DNA of 64,000 bases from Akkermansia sp. (lineage in GTDB: Bacteria > Verrucomicrobiota > Verrucomicrobiia > Verrucomicrobiales > Akkermansiaceae), in the NCBI GenBank assembly GCA_045132635.1, contig JBGUSR010000026.1:983-64982 (forward strand). The letters run 5' to 3'. The notes beneath the pieces are model-generated. The model worked only from the letters and a program-made list of their open reading frames with translations, ran no database searches and was not told the DNA's origin. Both the position numbers and the translations under genes were made by a program. Below, one piece after another: positions 40,560 to 49,653 of this stretch (its first letter is position 1; the number at the start of each line of letters is the position of its first letter).

Positions 40560-40799
40560 TTAGGCCTCAACAGCGGGGGTCACGGCAGCAGCCGGAATCT
40601 CCTCCTTGTTGGTGAAGTGCCACTTCACCTTGTTGCGCTTGCTGGCGGAACGAGCCTTGCGGCGCTTCTCATCCATGGGGCTCTCGAAAGCGCGACGACG
40701 GCGCATCTCCTCGAGGATACCCTCGGTGTCGAGCTTGGTCTTAAGGCGCTTCAGAGCGCGATCGATCGGTTCTCCTTTACGTACAGATACGGAACGCAT
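40560..40799 (-). CDS. rpsU: 30S ribosomal protein S21
   Basis: MRSVSVRKGEPIDRALKRLKTKLDTEGILEEMRRRRAFESPMDEKRRKARSASKR is typical S21. 79 aa with a short C-terminal extension. Confidence 0.92.
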   Translation of the reverse strand: MRSVSVRKGEPIDRALKRLKTKLDTEGILEEMRRRRAFESPMDEKRRKARSASKRNKVKWHFTNKEEIPAAAVTPAVEA

Positions 40800-40996
40800 G
40801 ATTTTTCTTTCGTTGTTGATATATTGTCCGGGAACGGGCAGGCAAGATACAGCAAATGGACGTTAGTGTCAAGTTTTTTGTCGCAGTTTTTGTAAAATTT
40901 GCTGACAAAATCGTTACAAGGGCGAACAAATCGGGACTTGCCAAGGAGCGCGCGAGTGTGTACAATGCGCGCGTGACTGCGCCCCACCATCCGCCC

Positions 40997-42049
40997 ATGT
41001 GCGATTTTGCCGACCGTCCGTTCATCCTGTTCTGGGAAGTAACGCGCGCCTGCGCACTGGCCTGCCGGCACTGCCGGGCCATAGCCCAGCCGCAAAGCCA
41101 CCCGCAGGAATTGAACCATGAGGAAGCCATGACCCTGGTGGATAGGATTGCCGAGCTGAATCCGCCCATGCTGGTGCTGACCGGTGGCGACCCCATGATG
41201 CGCAGAGATATATTCGACATCATCGAACGCGCCGCAGCCAAGGGGCTGCGTGTAGCGCTGAGCCCCGCCGCCACCAACCGCCTGATTCATACAGATTTTC
41301 ACAAACTCCGCCAGGCAGGCGTGGTAAGCATGAGTCTGAGTCTGGATGGCGCCACCCAGGAGACGCACGATGCCTTCCGCCGCGTGCCGCACACCTTCGA
41401 GCGCACCCTGCAGGCCGCCCGCATGGCAAAGGAAGCAGGCATCCAGCTGCAAATCAACACCACCATCTCCCGCACCACCCTGCCCGAGCTGGAGGGTTTT
41501 GTGGAGCTGCTCAAGCAGATTGAGCCGGATGTATGGAGCGTATTCCTGCTGGTGCCCACCGGCCGCGCCACGATGGAGGAGCTTCCCACCGCCGATGAAC
41601 TGGAGACCCTGTGGCAGCGGCTCCTGGAGCTGCGCGCCGAGCTCCCCTTCGCCATCAAGACCACAGAGGGGCACCACTACCGCCGCGCCATGATGCAGGC
41701 CGCCCGCACCAGCGGCGCCCCTGCCCCGCGCCACATGGTACCCACCCGCGATGGCAAGGGCGTGGCCTTCATCTCCCACGTGGGTGAAATTCAGCCCAGC
41801 GGTTTCCTGCCCCTCACAGCCGGCAATGTGCGCACCGATGACCTGGCCACCATTTACCGCGAGCACCCGCTCTTTGTGCAGCTGCGCAATGATGATGCGC
41901 TGGGCGGCAAGTGCGGCAAATGCGAATACCGCAGGCTTTGCGGCGGCTCCCGCGCACGCGCCTACGGCAGCAATGGCGACATGATGGCCGCCGAACCTCT
42001 TTGTAACTATATTCCTGCCGCCCTGCGCGGCGTTTCTCCACAGCCATGA
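40997..42049 (+). CDS. radical SAM/SPASM protein, NirJ/AhbC/AhbD-like (1 of 2)
   Basis: FILFWEVTRACALACRHCRA (CxxxCxxC) and C-terminal SPASM-like GKCGKCEYRRLCGGSRARAY. ATG 40997 (MCDFADRPF...) follows a TACAAT box at 40961-40966. The track ORF begins at 40856. Confidence 0.8.
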   Translation: MCDFADRPFILFWEVTRACALACRHCRAIAQPQSHPQELNHEEAMTLVDRIAELNPPMLVLTGGDPMMRRDIFDIIERAAAKGLRVALSPAATNRLIHTDFHKLRQAGVVSMSLSLDGATQETHDAFRRVPHTFERTLQAARMAKEAGIQLQINTTISRTTLPELEGFVELLKQIEPDVWSVFLLVPTGRATMEELPTADELETLWQRLLELRAELPFAIKTTEGHHYRRAMMQAARTSGAPAPRHMVPTRDGKGVAFISHVGEIQPSGFLPLTAGNVRTDDLATIYREHPLFVQLRNDDALGGKCGKCEYRRLCGGSRARAYGSNGDMMAAEPLCNYIPAALRGVSPQP

Positions 42050-43293
42050 TCAACATCACCAAACTCTGGACGGGTGCAGCCCAACCCGCCGACCACATCC
42101 GCTACGGCCTGAGCCACGGCAGCCATATACCCAACAGCAGCACCGCTGCCTGCATGCCTGCCTCCTCGCGCGTGCGCAAACCCATCGTGGTATGGAACAT
42201 CACCCGCACCTGCAACCTGCGTTGCGTGCATTGCTATGCCGACTCACACGCTGAACGCTACGCCGGCGAGCTGAGCTGGGAGCAGTGCTGCGCGGTGATT
42301 GATGACCTGGCAGACTACAAGGTGAACGCCCTGCTGCTTTCCGGCGGCGAACCGCTGCTGCACCCGCAGCTGCCCCAGATTCTGCAGCGTGCCACAGAAA
42401 AAGGACTCAAGGTAACCATCTCTACCAACGGCACCCGAATCACCCCGGAATACGCCCGCATGTTCAAGGACCTGGGCGTAGCCTATGTGGGCATCTCGCT
42501 GGACGGCATCGGCGCGGTGCACGACCAGTTCCGTGGCGTGAAGGGCGCATTCGACGGCGCCATCCGCGGGTTCAAACTCTGCGAGGAAGTGGGCCAGAAA
42601 ACCGGCCTGCGCCTCACCCTTACCCGCAACAACGTGCAGAGCATGGAGCAGATTCTCAACTTCATCGAGCAGGAGGGAATACAGCGCGTATGCTTCTACC
42701 ACCTGGTACCCACCGGCCGCGGCGTAGATGTAGCCAGCCTGAAACCGGAGGAAGCCCGCTCTGCCATTGATATGCTTATCGCCCGGGCAGAAGCCTGGCA
42801 CGCCGCCGGGCAGACCCGCGAGCTGCTCACCGTGACCCAGCCTGCAGACGGCGTGTACCTGCTGCTGCGCCAGCTGCGCGAGGGGCACCCCCTGGCCAAG
42901 GAAACCCTGCGCCTGCTCACCTGGAACGGCGGCGGCGCCAATAGCTCCGGCCGCGGCATCGCCAATATCGACACCCAGGGCAATATCCACCCCGACCAGT
43001 TCTGGCAGGGCGTCACCCTCGGCAACGTGAAAACCCAGAAATTCTCCGATGTATGGGAAGCAGCTCAGGAACCCAGCGCCGCCGTACTCCAGGAACTGCG
43101 CGGCAGCGATGACCCGCTGGAGCGCCAGAAGAAGCTGAGCGGCCGCTGCGCCACCTGCAAGCACTTCGCCCTTTGCGGCGGTGGTTTCCGCACCCGCGCT
43201 GCCTTTGCAAACGGCCACTGGTACGGCTCCGACACCGGCTGCTACCTCACCGACGAAGAAACTCAGACTGACATTTCAGAACTTTTAGGCTGA
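42046..43293 (+). CDS. radical SAM/SPASM protein, NirJ/AhbC/AhbD-like (2 of 2)
   Basis: VVWNITRTCNLRCVHCYA and C-terminal GRCATCKHFALCGGGFRTRA. The ATGA start/stop overlap with the preceding gene implies translational coupling. Confidence 0.8.
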   Translation: MINITKLWTGAAQPADHIRYGLSHGSHIPNSSTAACMPASSRVRKPIVVWNITRTCNLRCVHCYADSHAERYAGELSWEQCCAVIDDLADYKVNALLLSGGEPLLHPQLPQILQRATEKGLKVTISTNGTRITPEYARMFKDLGVAYVGISLDGIGAVHDQFRGVKGAFDGAIRGFKLCEEVGQKTGLRLTLTRNNVQSMEQILNFIEQEGIQRVCFYHLVPTGRGVDVASLKPEEARSAIDMLIARAEAWHAAGQTRELLTVTQPADGVYLLLRQLREGHPLAKETLRLLTWNGGGANSSGRGIANIDTQGNIHPDQFWQGVTLGNVKTQKFSDVWEAAQEPSAAVLQELRGSDDPLERQKKLSGRCATCKHFALCGGGFRTRAAFANGHWYGSDTGCYLTDEETQTDISELLG

Positions 43294-43368
43294 TTTTTCC
43301 CAATCTCGGAGCAAAACCTCATTTTTTGCTTGCAGGGAATGAAATGATATGGTATTTCTGATTGCGTC

Positions 43369-43800
43369 ATGAAGCGCTTACTCCTTTCTACAATTCTCCT
43401 GGCTCTTGCCGGCACCACGTACGCCGACATTCAGGCTCCTCCCGCCTCTGAGTACACGGCCACCCGCAAGCTGGGTCGTGCCATCGGCAACATTCTTTTC
43501 GCCGTTGAGGAAATCCCCACCACCATGATTCGCTGGAACAGCGCCGAGGGTAACAACGCCGCTTTCTCCGTTGGTGTTGTTGACGGCGTGAGCCGCACTC
43601 TTTCCCGCGTGGGCTATGGTTTCTATGAGCTCGTAACTTTCTGGGCTCCCACCTACAAGTGCACCTACAAGCCCTGCTACCAGGATTCCTGCGGCCGCAG
43701 CGGCAGCAAGGAATACAACGTATGGGGCGGCTTCTCTGAATTCCCCGAGGAACTCGGCTTCCAGAGCAAGTACAACTACGTTCGCACCTCTCTCGATTAA
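43369..43800 (+). CDS. small secreted protein, exosortase-system-associated TIGR04073-like
   Basis: 143 aa with signal peptide MKRLLLSTILLALAGTTYA. KLGRAIGNILFAVEEIPTTM ... GVSRTLSRVGYGFYELVTFWAP matches my recollection of the TIGR04073 pattern (KLxRGxxNxxxGxxEiP ... GxxRxxxGxxExxTFP). Confidence 0.65.
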   Translation: MKRLLLSTILLALAGTTYADIQAPPASEYTATRKLGRAIGNILFAVEEIPTTMIRWNSAEGNNAAFSVGVVDGVSRTLSRVGYGFYELVTFWAPTYKCTYKPCYQDSCGRSGSKEYNVWGGFSEFPEELGFQSKYNYVRTSLD

Positions 43801-43827
43801 TCACGAATAAAATCTTTACACATTAAA

Positions 43828-43863
43828 ATCCCCGGTTGGCTCACCAACCGGGGATTTTCTTTC
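43828..43863 (+). terminator. rho-independent terminator (serves the convergent pair)
   Basis: 12-bp stem atccccggttgg / ccaaccggggat with loop ctca, followed by tttctttc and preceded by aaaa. Confidence 0.8.
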
Positions 43864-43916
43864 GGCTAAAAACTTCGTACTGATTTTAATTCTAACTAAT
43901 CATTGAATGCGGCCGC

Positions 43917-44390
43917 TTACATACCACCGCGGCTCAGAATCTGCGTAAGCTCGAACTGGAAAGCCTGCAGCTCCTCCGGCGTGGGCTGCCCCTCCAGCGA
44001 ATTCCAGGCAAAACGGCCCAGCTGATCAATCTGCCAGCCACCCTTGGTACCGGAAGAGAACTGCACCTTACCCGAAATCAGCGTGCCGGGCAGCATCAGT
44101 TCATCCAGCGTCACCACCGGCTTACCCGCCGGCCCCGCAGGTGCCGGAGCAGGCACAGCCTCTACCGGCTCAACCGCCGGCTGAGCAGCAGGTGCTGCAG
44201 GCTCCGGAGCAGGCGCAGCGCTGGGCACGGCAATCTCTATACCATAATCCAGCAGAAGAAAGCGCACATCCATATAGGTCATGTGCACACCACACTCGGC
44301 GGCCAGGTTTTTCTGAATACCATTCAAATCCACGCCGGCGGCGGCCCATGCGCGCACCATATCCAACTGCTCTGCGGTTACCATACTCAT
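43917..44390 (-). CDS. hypothetical protein with central Pro/Ala linker
   Basis: MSMVTAEQLDMVRAWAAAGVDLNGIQKNLAAECGVHMTYMDVRFLLLDYGIEI, then a PA-rich linker, then a ~70-aa C-terminal domain. The start is ATG 44390 or the track start 44429. No family recognised. Confidence 0.55.
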   Translation of the reverse strand: MSMVTAEQLDMVRAWAAAGVDLNGIQKNLAAECGVHMTYMDVRFLLLDYGIEIAVPSAAPAPEPAAPAAQPAVEPVEAVPAPAPAGPAGKPVVTLDELMLPGTLISGKVQFSSGTKGGWQIDQLGRFAWNSLEGQPTPEELQAFQFELTQILSRGGM

Positions 44391-44520
44391 GCCTTTATCA
44401 TACCCCTTCCCTATTCCTTTGCAAGCCACGAGTGCGACTTACCCGAAAAAAGCCCCATCTGTTCGCCTCAACTAACACCCTCGCGCGCCCGCAAAACTTA
44501 GTGAGCAATCTACTTTAGGC

Positions 44521-44549
44521 TTGCACTTTACAACGGAAAGGTGTTTAAT
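44521..44549 (+). promoter_or_regulatory. candidate promoter of the nuo operon
   Basis: TTGCAC (44521-44526), 17-nt spacer, TTTAAT (44544-44549). It lies about 45 nt upstream of the nuoD ATG. Confidence 0.3.
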
Positions 44550-44594
44550 ATCCGTGCGTAACTGTGGCCGCAGGTGGCCCCGTATTCCCAGGTT

Positions 44595-45839
44595 ATGAAC
44601 ACGACAAAATTTATACAAGTGCCTGATGTAGCGAGCGCTGCGATGGATTATCTGAAGAACGATGCAGATGACCGCGGTGAGCTGGTAACCCTGAATGTAG
44701 GCCCCTCCCACCCGGCGACGCACGGCGTGCTGCGCCTGAAGCTGGTGATTGACGGTGAGGAGATTGTATCCTGCGACCCGGTGATTGGTTATCTGCACCG
44801 CGGCATGGAGAAGATTGCCGAGAACTGCCATTACAACCAGTTTGTGACCTACACAGACCGCATGGACTACCTCGCCCCGATGAGCAACAACATTGCTTAC
44901 GCCTGTGCAGTAGAAAAACTGCTGGGCTGGGAGCTGCCGGAGCGTGGCCAGGCCATCCGCGTGCTGTGCTGTGAGCTTTCCCGCATTTCCTCCTGCTTCC
45001 TGGGCACGGGCGTGTACGCCATGGACACCGGCGCCATGACCGCCTTCCTCTACGCATTCGAGGAAAAGGAACGCGTACACAACCTGTACGAACAGATTTG
45101 CGGCGCCCGCTTCACCTCCAGCTACACCCGCATCGGCGGCATGACGCGCGACCTGCCCAAGGGCATCGAGAAACAGATTCTTGCCTTCTGCGACAGCGCC
45201 ATGCGTACCGTGGACGAAATGGAGAAGCTGCTGCTGCACAACAAGATTTTCATCGACCGCCTTGTCGGCGTGGGTGTCATCACCAAGGAGATGGCCCTGC
45301 AGAACGGCATGACCGGTAACAACCTGCGCGCCAGCGGTGTCTGCCGCGACCTGCGCAAGACCAACCCCTACCTGGGTTACGAGAAATACGAATTTGATGT
45401 ACCGGTGGCCGAGGAAGGCGACTGCTACGCCCGCTTCCAGGTACGCATGGAAGAAATCCGCCAGTCCGTACGCATCATCCGCCAGGTGATTGCTACCATG
45501 CCGGGCGGCCCCATCTGGGTACAGCTGGACAAGGGCATTCTGCCGAAGAAGGCAGACGCCATGCAGGGCATCGAGGAACTCATCCGCCAGTTCATGGTGA
45601 CCACCGAATGCGTGAACGCCCCGGCCGGCCAGGTATACTTTGCTGCCGAAAACCCGAAGGGTGAGCTCGGCTTCTTCCTGGACTCCCAGGGTGGCGGCAT
45701 TGCCAACCGACTGAAGATGCGCAGCCCCTCTTACTGCACACTTTCCATTCTGCCGGAACTGCTGCCGGGCCACCTTGTGAGCGACGTAGGCGCCATTCTG
45801 GGCTCCTTCGACTTCGTGCAGGGCGAATGCGACCGTTAA
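44595..45839 (+). CDS. nuoD: NADH-quinone oxidoreductase subunit D
   Basis: LNVGPSHPATHGVLRLKLVIDGEEIV, GYLHRGMEKIAE and the C-terminal DFVQGECDR. The track start 44574 is GTG; the ATG is at 44595. Confidence 0.93.
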   Translation: MNTTKFIQVPDVASAAMDYLKNDADDRGELVTLNVGPSHPATHGVLRLKLVIDGEEIVSCDPVIGYLHRGMEKIAENCHYNQFVTYTDRMDYLAPMSNNIAYACAVEKLLGWELPERGQAIRVLCCELSRISSCFLGTGVYAMDTGAMTAFLYAFEEKERVHNLYEQICGARFTSSYTRIGGMTRDLPKGIEKQILAFCDSAMRTVDEMEKLLLHNKIFIDRLVGVGVITKEMALQNGMTGNNLRASGVCRDLRKTNPYLGYEKYEFDVPVAEEGDCYARFQVRMEEIRQSVRIIRQVIATMPGGPIWVQLDKGILPKKADAMQGIEELIRQFMVTTECVNAPAGQVYFAAENPKGELGFFLDSQGGGIANRLKMRSPSYCTLSILPELLPGHLVSDVGAILGSFDFVQGECDR

Positions 45840-45876
45840 TCCAATTTTAAACTCTCTGACAACGAAAGAACTTATC

Positions 45877-46458
45877 ATGTCCGATACCCCCAACGCGATT
45901 GATGCCATCACGGCGGCCAAGCCGTCCCCCGGTGAGCAGCATTTCCCGAAGTTCAAGGTGACCCCCGCCCTGGTGAAGGAAGCCAAGGCTCTGGTGGCTC
46001 AGTACCCGGAAGGCAAGGAGCAGTCCGCCGTGCTGCCCATCATCCACCTGGTGCAGGAAAAGTTCGGCTACATCTGCGCCGATGCCATGCCCTGGATTGC
46101 TGAAATGTGCAAGAGCACGCCCATCCACGTGGCCGGCATTGTAACCTTCTACCCCGGCATTCACACCATGTGCCCCGGCAAGTACCACTTCCGCGTGTGC
46201 CGCACCATCGCCTGCTCCCTTTCCGGCGGCGAGGAACTCATTCCCTACATCTGCGAGAAGATTGGCGTGAACTTCGCCGATATGTGCGACGAGGAACCCA
46301 TGCTGGTGAGCCCGGATGGTCTGTTCAGTGTTGAGCCGGTGGAATGCCTGGCCAACTGCGGTTTCGGCCCGAATGTGATGGTCAACGAGGTGCTGTACTC
46401 CCAGGTGACCACCAAGAAGATTGACGAGATTATCGCCAAGTACCAGCCTAAGAAGTAA
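45877..46458 (+). CDS. nuoE: NADH-quinone oxidoreductase subunit E (24 kDa, 2Fe-2S)
   Basis: Cys ligand pattern CRTIACSLSG ... VECLANCGFGPNVMVN. Confidence 0.92.
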   Translation: MSDTPNAIDAITAAKPSPGEQHFPKFKVTPALVKEAKALVAQYPEGKEQSAVLPIIHLVQEKFGYICADAMPWIAEMCKSTPIHVAGIVTFYPGIHTMCPGKYHFRVCRTIACSLSGGEELIPYICEKIGVNFADMCDEEPMLVSPDGLFSVEPVECLANCGFGPNVMVNEVLYSQVTTKKIDEIIAKYQPKK

Positions 46459-46474
46459 CCCCCTTTAGCGAACC

Positions 46475-47884
46475 ATGAGCGAAATCATTTACAAGCCCGG
46501 CAAGGAACCGCATCCGCGCGAAACCCGCCGTATTTTCCGCAATATCGACCGCAAGGGGTATGATCCCTCCATCCAGTGCTTCATTAAGGATGGCGGCTAC
46601 GAGACCCTGAAGAAGGCCATGGAAATGGATCCCGCCGCAGTCACCGAGGAGGTGAAGAAGAGCGGGCTGCGTGGCCGCGGTGGTGCAGGTTTCCCCACCG
46701 GCGTAAAGTGGACCTTCATTCCCAAAGGCAACACCAAGCCCGTATACGTGGTCTGCAACTGCGACGAATCTGAACCCGGCACCTTCAAGGACCGCTTTGT
46801 GGTGCACCAGGATCCGCACCAGCTCATCGAAGGCATGATTATTGCCTGCTACGCCGTGCAGGCTCACTTCGGTGTCATCTACATGCGTGAAGAATTCCCG
46901 GAGGCCGCCAAGATTATGCAGAAGGCTCTGGAGGAGGCTGAGGAAGCCGGCTTCCTGGGCAAGAACATTCTGGGCAAGGGCTATGACCTGAAGCTCATCC
47001 TGCACCGCGGCGCCGGCGCCTACATCTGCGGTGAAGAAACCGGCCTTATCAACTCCATTGAAGGTCTGCGCCCGTATCCGCGCATCAAGCCGCCCTTCTT
47101 CCCGGCTGCCATCGGTCTGTATGGCTGCCCCACCATCGTGAACAACGTGGAGTCCCTGTGCCAGGTGCGCCAGGTGCTCATGCGCGGTGGCGAGGCCTAC
47201 GCCGCTGAAGGCGCCCAGCGCTCTCCCGGCACCCGCATCATCGGTGTGTCCGGCGACGTGAAACGCCCGGGGTACTACGAAATCATCTCCGGCTCCATGA
47301 CCTTTGGTGAGCTGCTGTATGATGTGTGCGGTGGGCCTAAGCGCGGCCGCAAGTTCAAGGCCATCATCCCCGGTGGTGCATCTGCCAAGGTGATGCGCTG
47401 CGATGAGATGCTGAAGGGCCGCAACAGCGATGGCTCCGTGCGCACCATGAGCATCTTTGACGTGCCGCTGGATCTGGACAGCATTGCCCAGCACGGCTCC
47501 ATGAGCGGCTCCGGCGGTATCATTGTGATGGACGACAGCCGCAGCATGCCCAAGATGCTGAACAACCTGAACCGTTTCTATGCCTGGGAATCCTGCGGCC
47601 AGTGCTCCCCCTGCCGCGAGGGCAACCCCTGGATGCTCAAGCTTTCCACCCGTATCTGTGAGGGCAAGGGCTCTCCGGAGGATGTGGACCTGCTCCAGAG
47701 CGTGGCCGACAACATCTGCGGCCGCACCGTCTGCGCCTTCGGCGAGGCATGCTCCTGGCCCACTCAGGCATTTGTCACCAAGTTCCGTGAGGAGTTCCTG
47801 GCGCTTACCAAGCCCATCAACGCCCTCAAGCCGCACTCCCCCGAGGCTAAGGAGGCCCGCAAGTTCCTCACCCGCGAAGACTAA
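46475..47884 (+). CDS. nuoF: NADH-quinone oxidoreductase subunit F (51 kDa, FMN/NADH site)
   Basis: GLRGRGGAGFPTGVKW, CNCDESEPGTFKDR and ESCGQCSPCREG. Confidence 0.95.
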   Translation: MSEIIYKPGKEPHPRETRRIFRNIDRKGYDPSIQCFIKDGGYETLKKAMEMDPAAVTEEVKKSGLRGRGGAGFPTGVKWTFIPKGNTKPVYVVCNCDESEPGTFKDRFVVHQDPHQLIEGMIIACYAVQAHFGVIYMREEFPEAAKIMQKALEEAEEAGFLGKNILGKGYDLKLILHRGAGAYICGEETGLINSIEGLRPYPRIKPPFFPAAIGLYGCPTIVNNVESLCQVRQVLMRGGEAYAAEGAQRSPGTRIIGVSGDVKRPGYYEIISGSMTFGELLYDVCGGPKRGRKFKAIIPGGASAKVMRCDEMLKGRNSDGSVRTMSIFDVPLDLDSIAQHGSMSGSGGIIVMDDSRSMPKMLNNLNRFYAWESCGQCSPCREGNPWMLKLSTRICEGKGSPEDVDLLQSVADNICGRTVCAFGEACSWPTQAFVTKFREEFLALTKPINALKPHSPEAKEARKFLTRED

Positions 47885-47899
47885 ACTTTTTCTGAAACA

Positions 47900-49630
47900 A
47901 TGAGTACACCCCCCGCAATTCTGCCGAAAGACGCCGCCGCCGCTGAAGGCAAGGTGAACGTCCAGATTAACGGCAAATGGTACCGCTTCCCCAAGGGCAC
48001 GCGTATTGCTGACGCCTGCAACTCCGTGGGCGCGCATGTACCCTGCTTCTGCTACCACCCCAAACTTTCCGTTGTCGGTTCCTGCCGCATGTGCCTTGTA
48101 GAACAGGGCATGCCCCCGCGCCAGGCCCCCGGCACCACCCCGCAGTATGGAGATGACGGCTACCTGCCCATCAGCTGGATGCCCCGCGCCATCATTGCCT
48201 GCGCCAACACCGTGGCCGAGAACATGGGCATCCGCACCACTGGCAAGCTCACCGAGGAAGCCCGCCGCGGCGTGCTGGAGTTCCTGCTTTCCAACCACCC
48301 GCTGGACTGCCCCATCTGCGACCAGGCCGGTGAATGCAAGCTGCAGGAATACACCACCGACTACGGCAGCGGTACCCACCGTTTCACCGAAGAAAAGACC
48401 AAGAAGGGCAAGAACCTCTCCATCGGTCCGCGCGTGAACCTGGACCAGGAACGCTGCGTGCTCTGCCGCCGCTGCGTGCGTTTCATGAAGGAAATCGCCG
48501 GTCAGGATGTACTCGGCGTGGTTGGCCGTGGCACGCACAACGCCATTGCCTGCTACCCCGGCACCCAGCTGGACAGCAACTACTCCATGAACGTGGTGGA
48601 TATCTGCCCCGTGGGCGCCATGACCAGCAAGGATTTCCGCTTCAAGATGCGCGTGTGGTTCCTTAAGAGCACTCCCACCATCGATGTGAACTGCGGCACC
48701 GGCACCAACATCAACATCTGGACCCGCGAGCAGCAGGTATACCGCATCACCCCGCGCCAGAACGACGCCGTGAACAGCTGCTGGATGCCCGATGACCACC
48801 GCCTTAACTACAAGTTCATCAACGCTGACACCCGCATCACCACCCCGCTGGTGAGAACAGATGCCGGTGCCACCCAGCGCCCCTCCACCTGGGATGCCAC
48901 CTTCAACATGGTGGTGGAGCAGCTGCACCGCATGGCCCCCTCTGAAACGGCCATGATCTGCTCTGCCCGCATGACCAATGAAGAGCTCTACATGGTGCGC
49001 GCCCTCTCCAAGCAGCTGGGCATCACCAAGCTCGACGTGGTTCCCCGTAAGGGCGAGAACGACGGTCTGCTGGTGAGCGATGACCGCAACCCGAACACCA
49101 ACGGTGCCAAGCTCGTGCTCGGCAAGACGGGTGCCGGACTGGCCAACATCCGCCGCGGCGTGCGCAACAACAGCATCCGCTTCATGATTGTGCTGGGTGA
49201 AGACCTGACCGAGGAAGCCGGCTTCACGGCCGAGGACCTGGCTGGCCTGGAATACCTGCTCGTCATCCACCACAGCGAGAACGAGACCACCAAGGCCGCC
49301 GACGTGGTGCTGCCCGGTGTCACCTTTGCTGAGAAGTACGGCACCATGATTAACGTGGCCGGCCGTATCCAGCGCCTCAACAAGGCTATCGAGCCCATCG
49401 GCGATTCTATGTCCGACTGGGAAATCTGCCGCAACCTTTCCGAACGCCTGGGCTGCGACTGCGTACGCGTCATCGCCTGCCCCACTCCCATGTCTGTGCT
49501 GGACGAGATGGCTCAGGAATTCGAGGAACTCCAGGACATCACCTGGGGCAACATCGGCAACGAAGGCAAGGTCATCATGGATACCGGCGTGACCATCCCC
49601 CTCATCGAACGCGAAAAAGCCAAGAAGTAA
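47900..49630 (+). CDS. nuoG: NADH-quinone oxidoreductase subunit G (short, 576 aa form)
   Basis: CYHPKLSVVGSCRMCLVE, HPLDCPICDQAGECKLQEY and CVLCRRCVRF Fe-S motifs. Confidence 0.92.
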   Translation: MSTPPAILPKDAAAAEGKVNVQINGKWYRFPKGTRIADACNSVGAHVPCFCYHPKLSVVGSCRMCLVEQGMPPRQAPGTTPQYGDDGYLPISWMPRAIIACANTVAENMGIRTTGKLTEEARRGVLEFLLSNHPLDCPICDQAGECKLQEYTTDYGSGTHRFTEEKTKKGKNLSIGPRVNLDQERCVLCRRCVRFMKEIAGQDVLGVVGRGTHNAIACYPGTQLDSNYSMNVVDICPVGAMTSKDFRFKMRVWFLKSTPTIDVNCGTGTNINIWTREQQVYRITPRQNDAVNSCWMPDDHRLNYKFINADTRITTPLVRTDAGATQRPSTWDATFNMVVEQLHRMAPSETAMICSARMTNEELYMVRALSKQLGITKLDVVPRKGENDGLLVSDDRNPNTNGAKLVLGKTGAGLANIRRGVRNNSIRFMIVLGEDLTEEAGFTAEDLAGLEYLLVIHHSENETTKAADVVLPGVTFAEKYGTMINVAGRIQRLNKAIEPIGDSMSDWEICRNLSERLGCDCVRVIACPTPMSVLDEMAQEFEELQDITWGNIGNEGKVIMDTGVTIPLIEREKAKK

Positions 49631-49653
49631 ACCGCTAACACCCCATATCTCAA

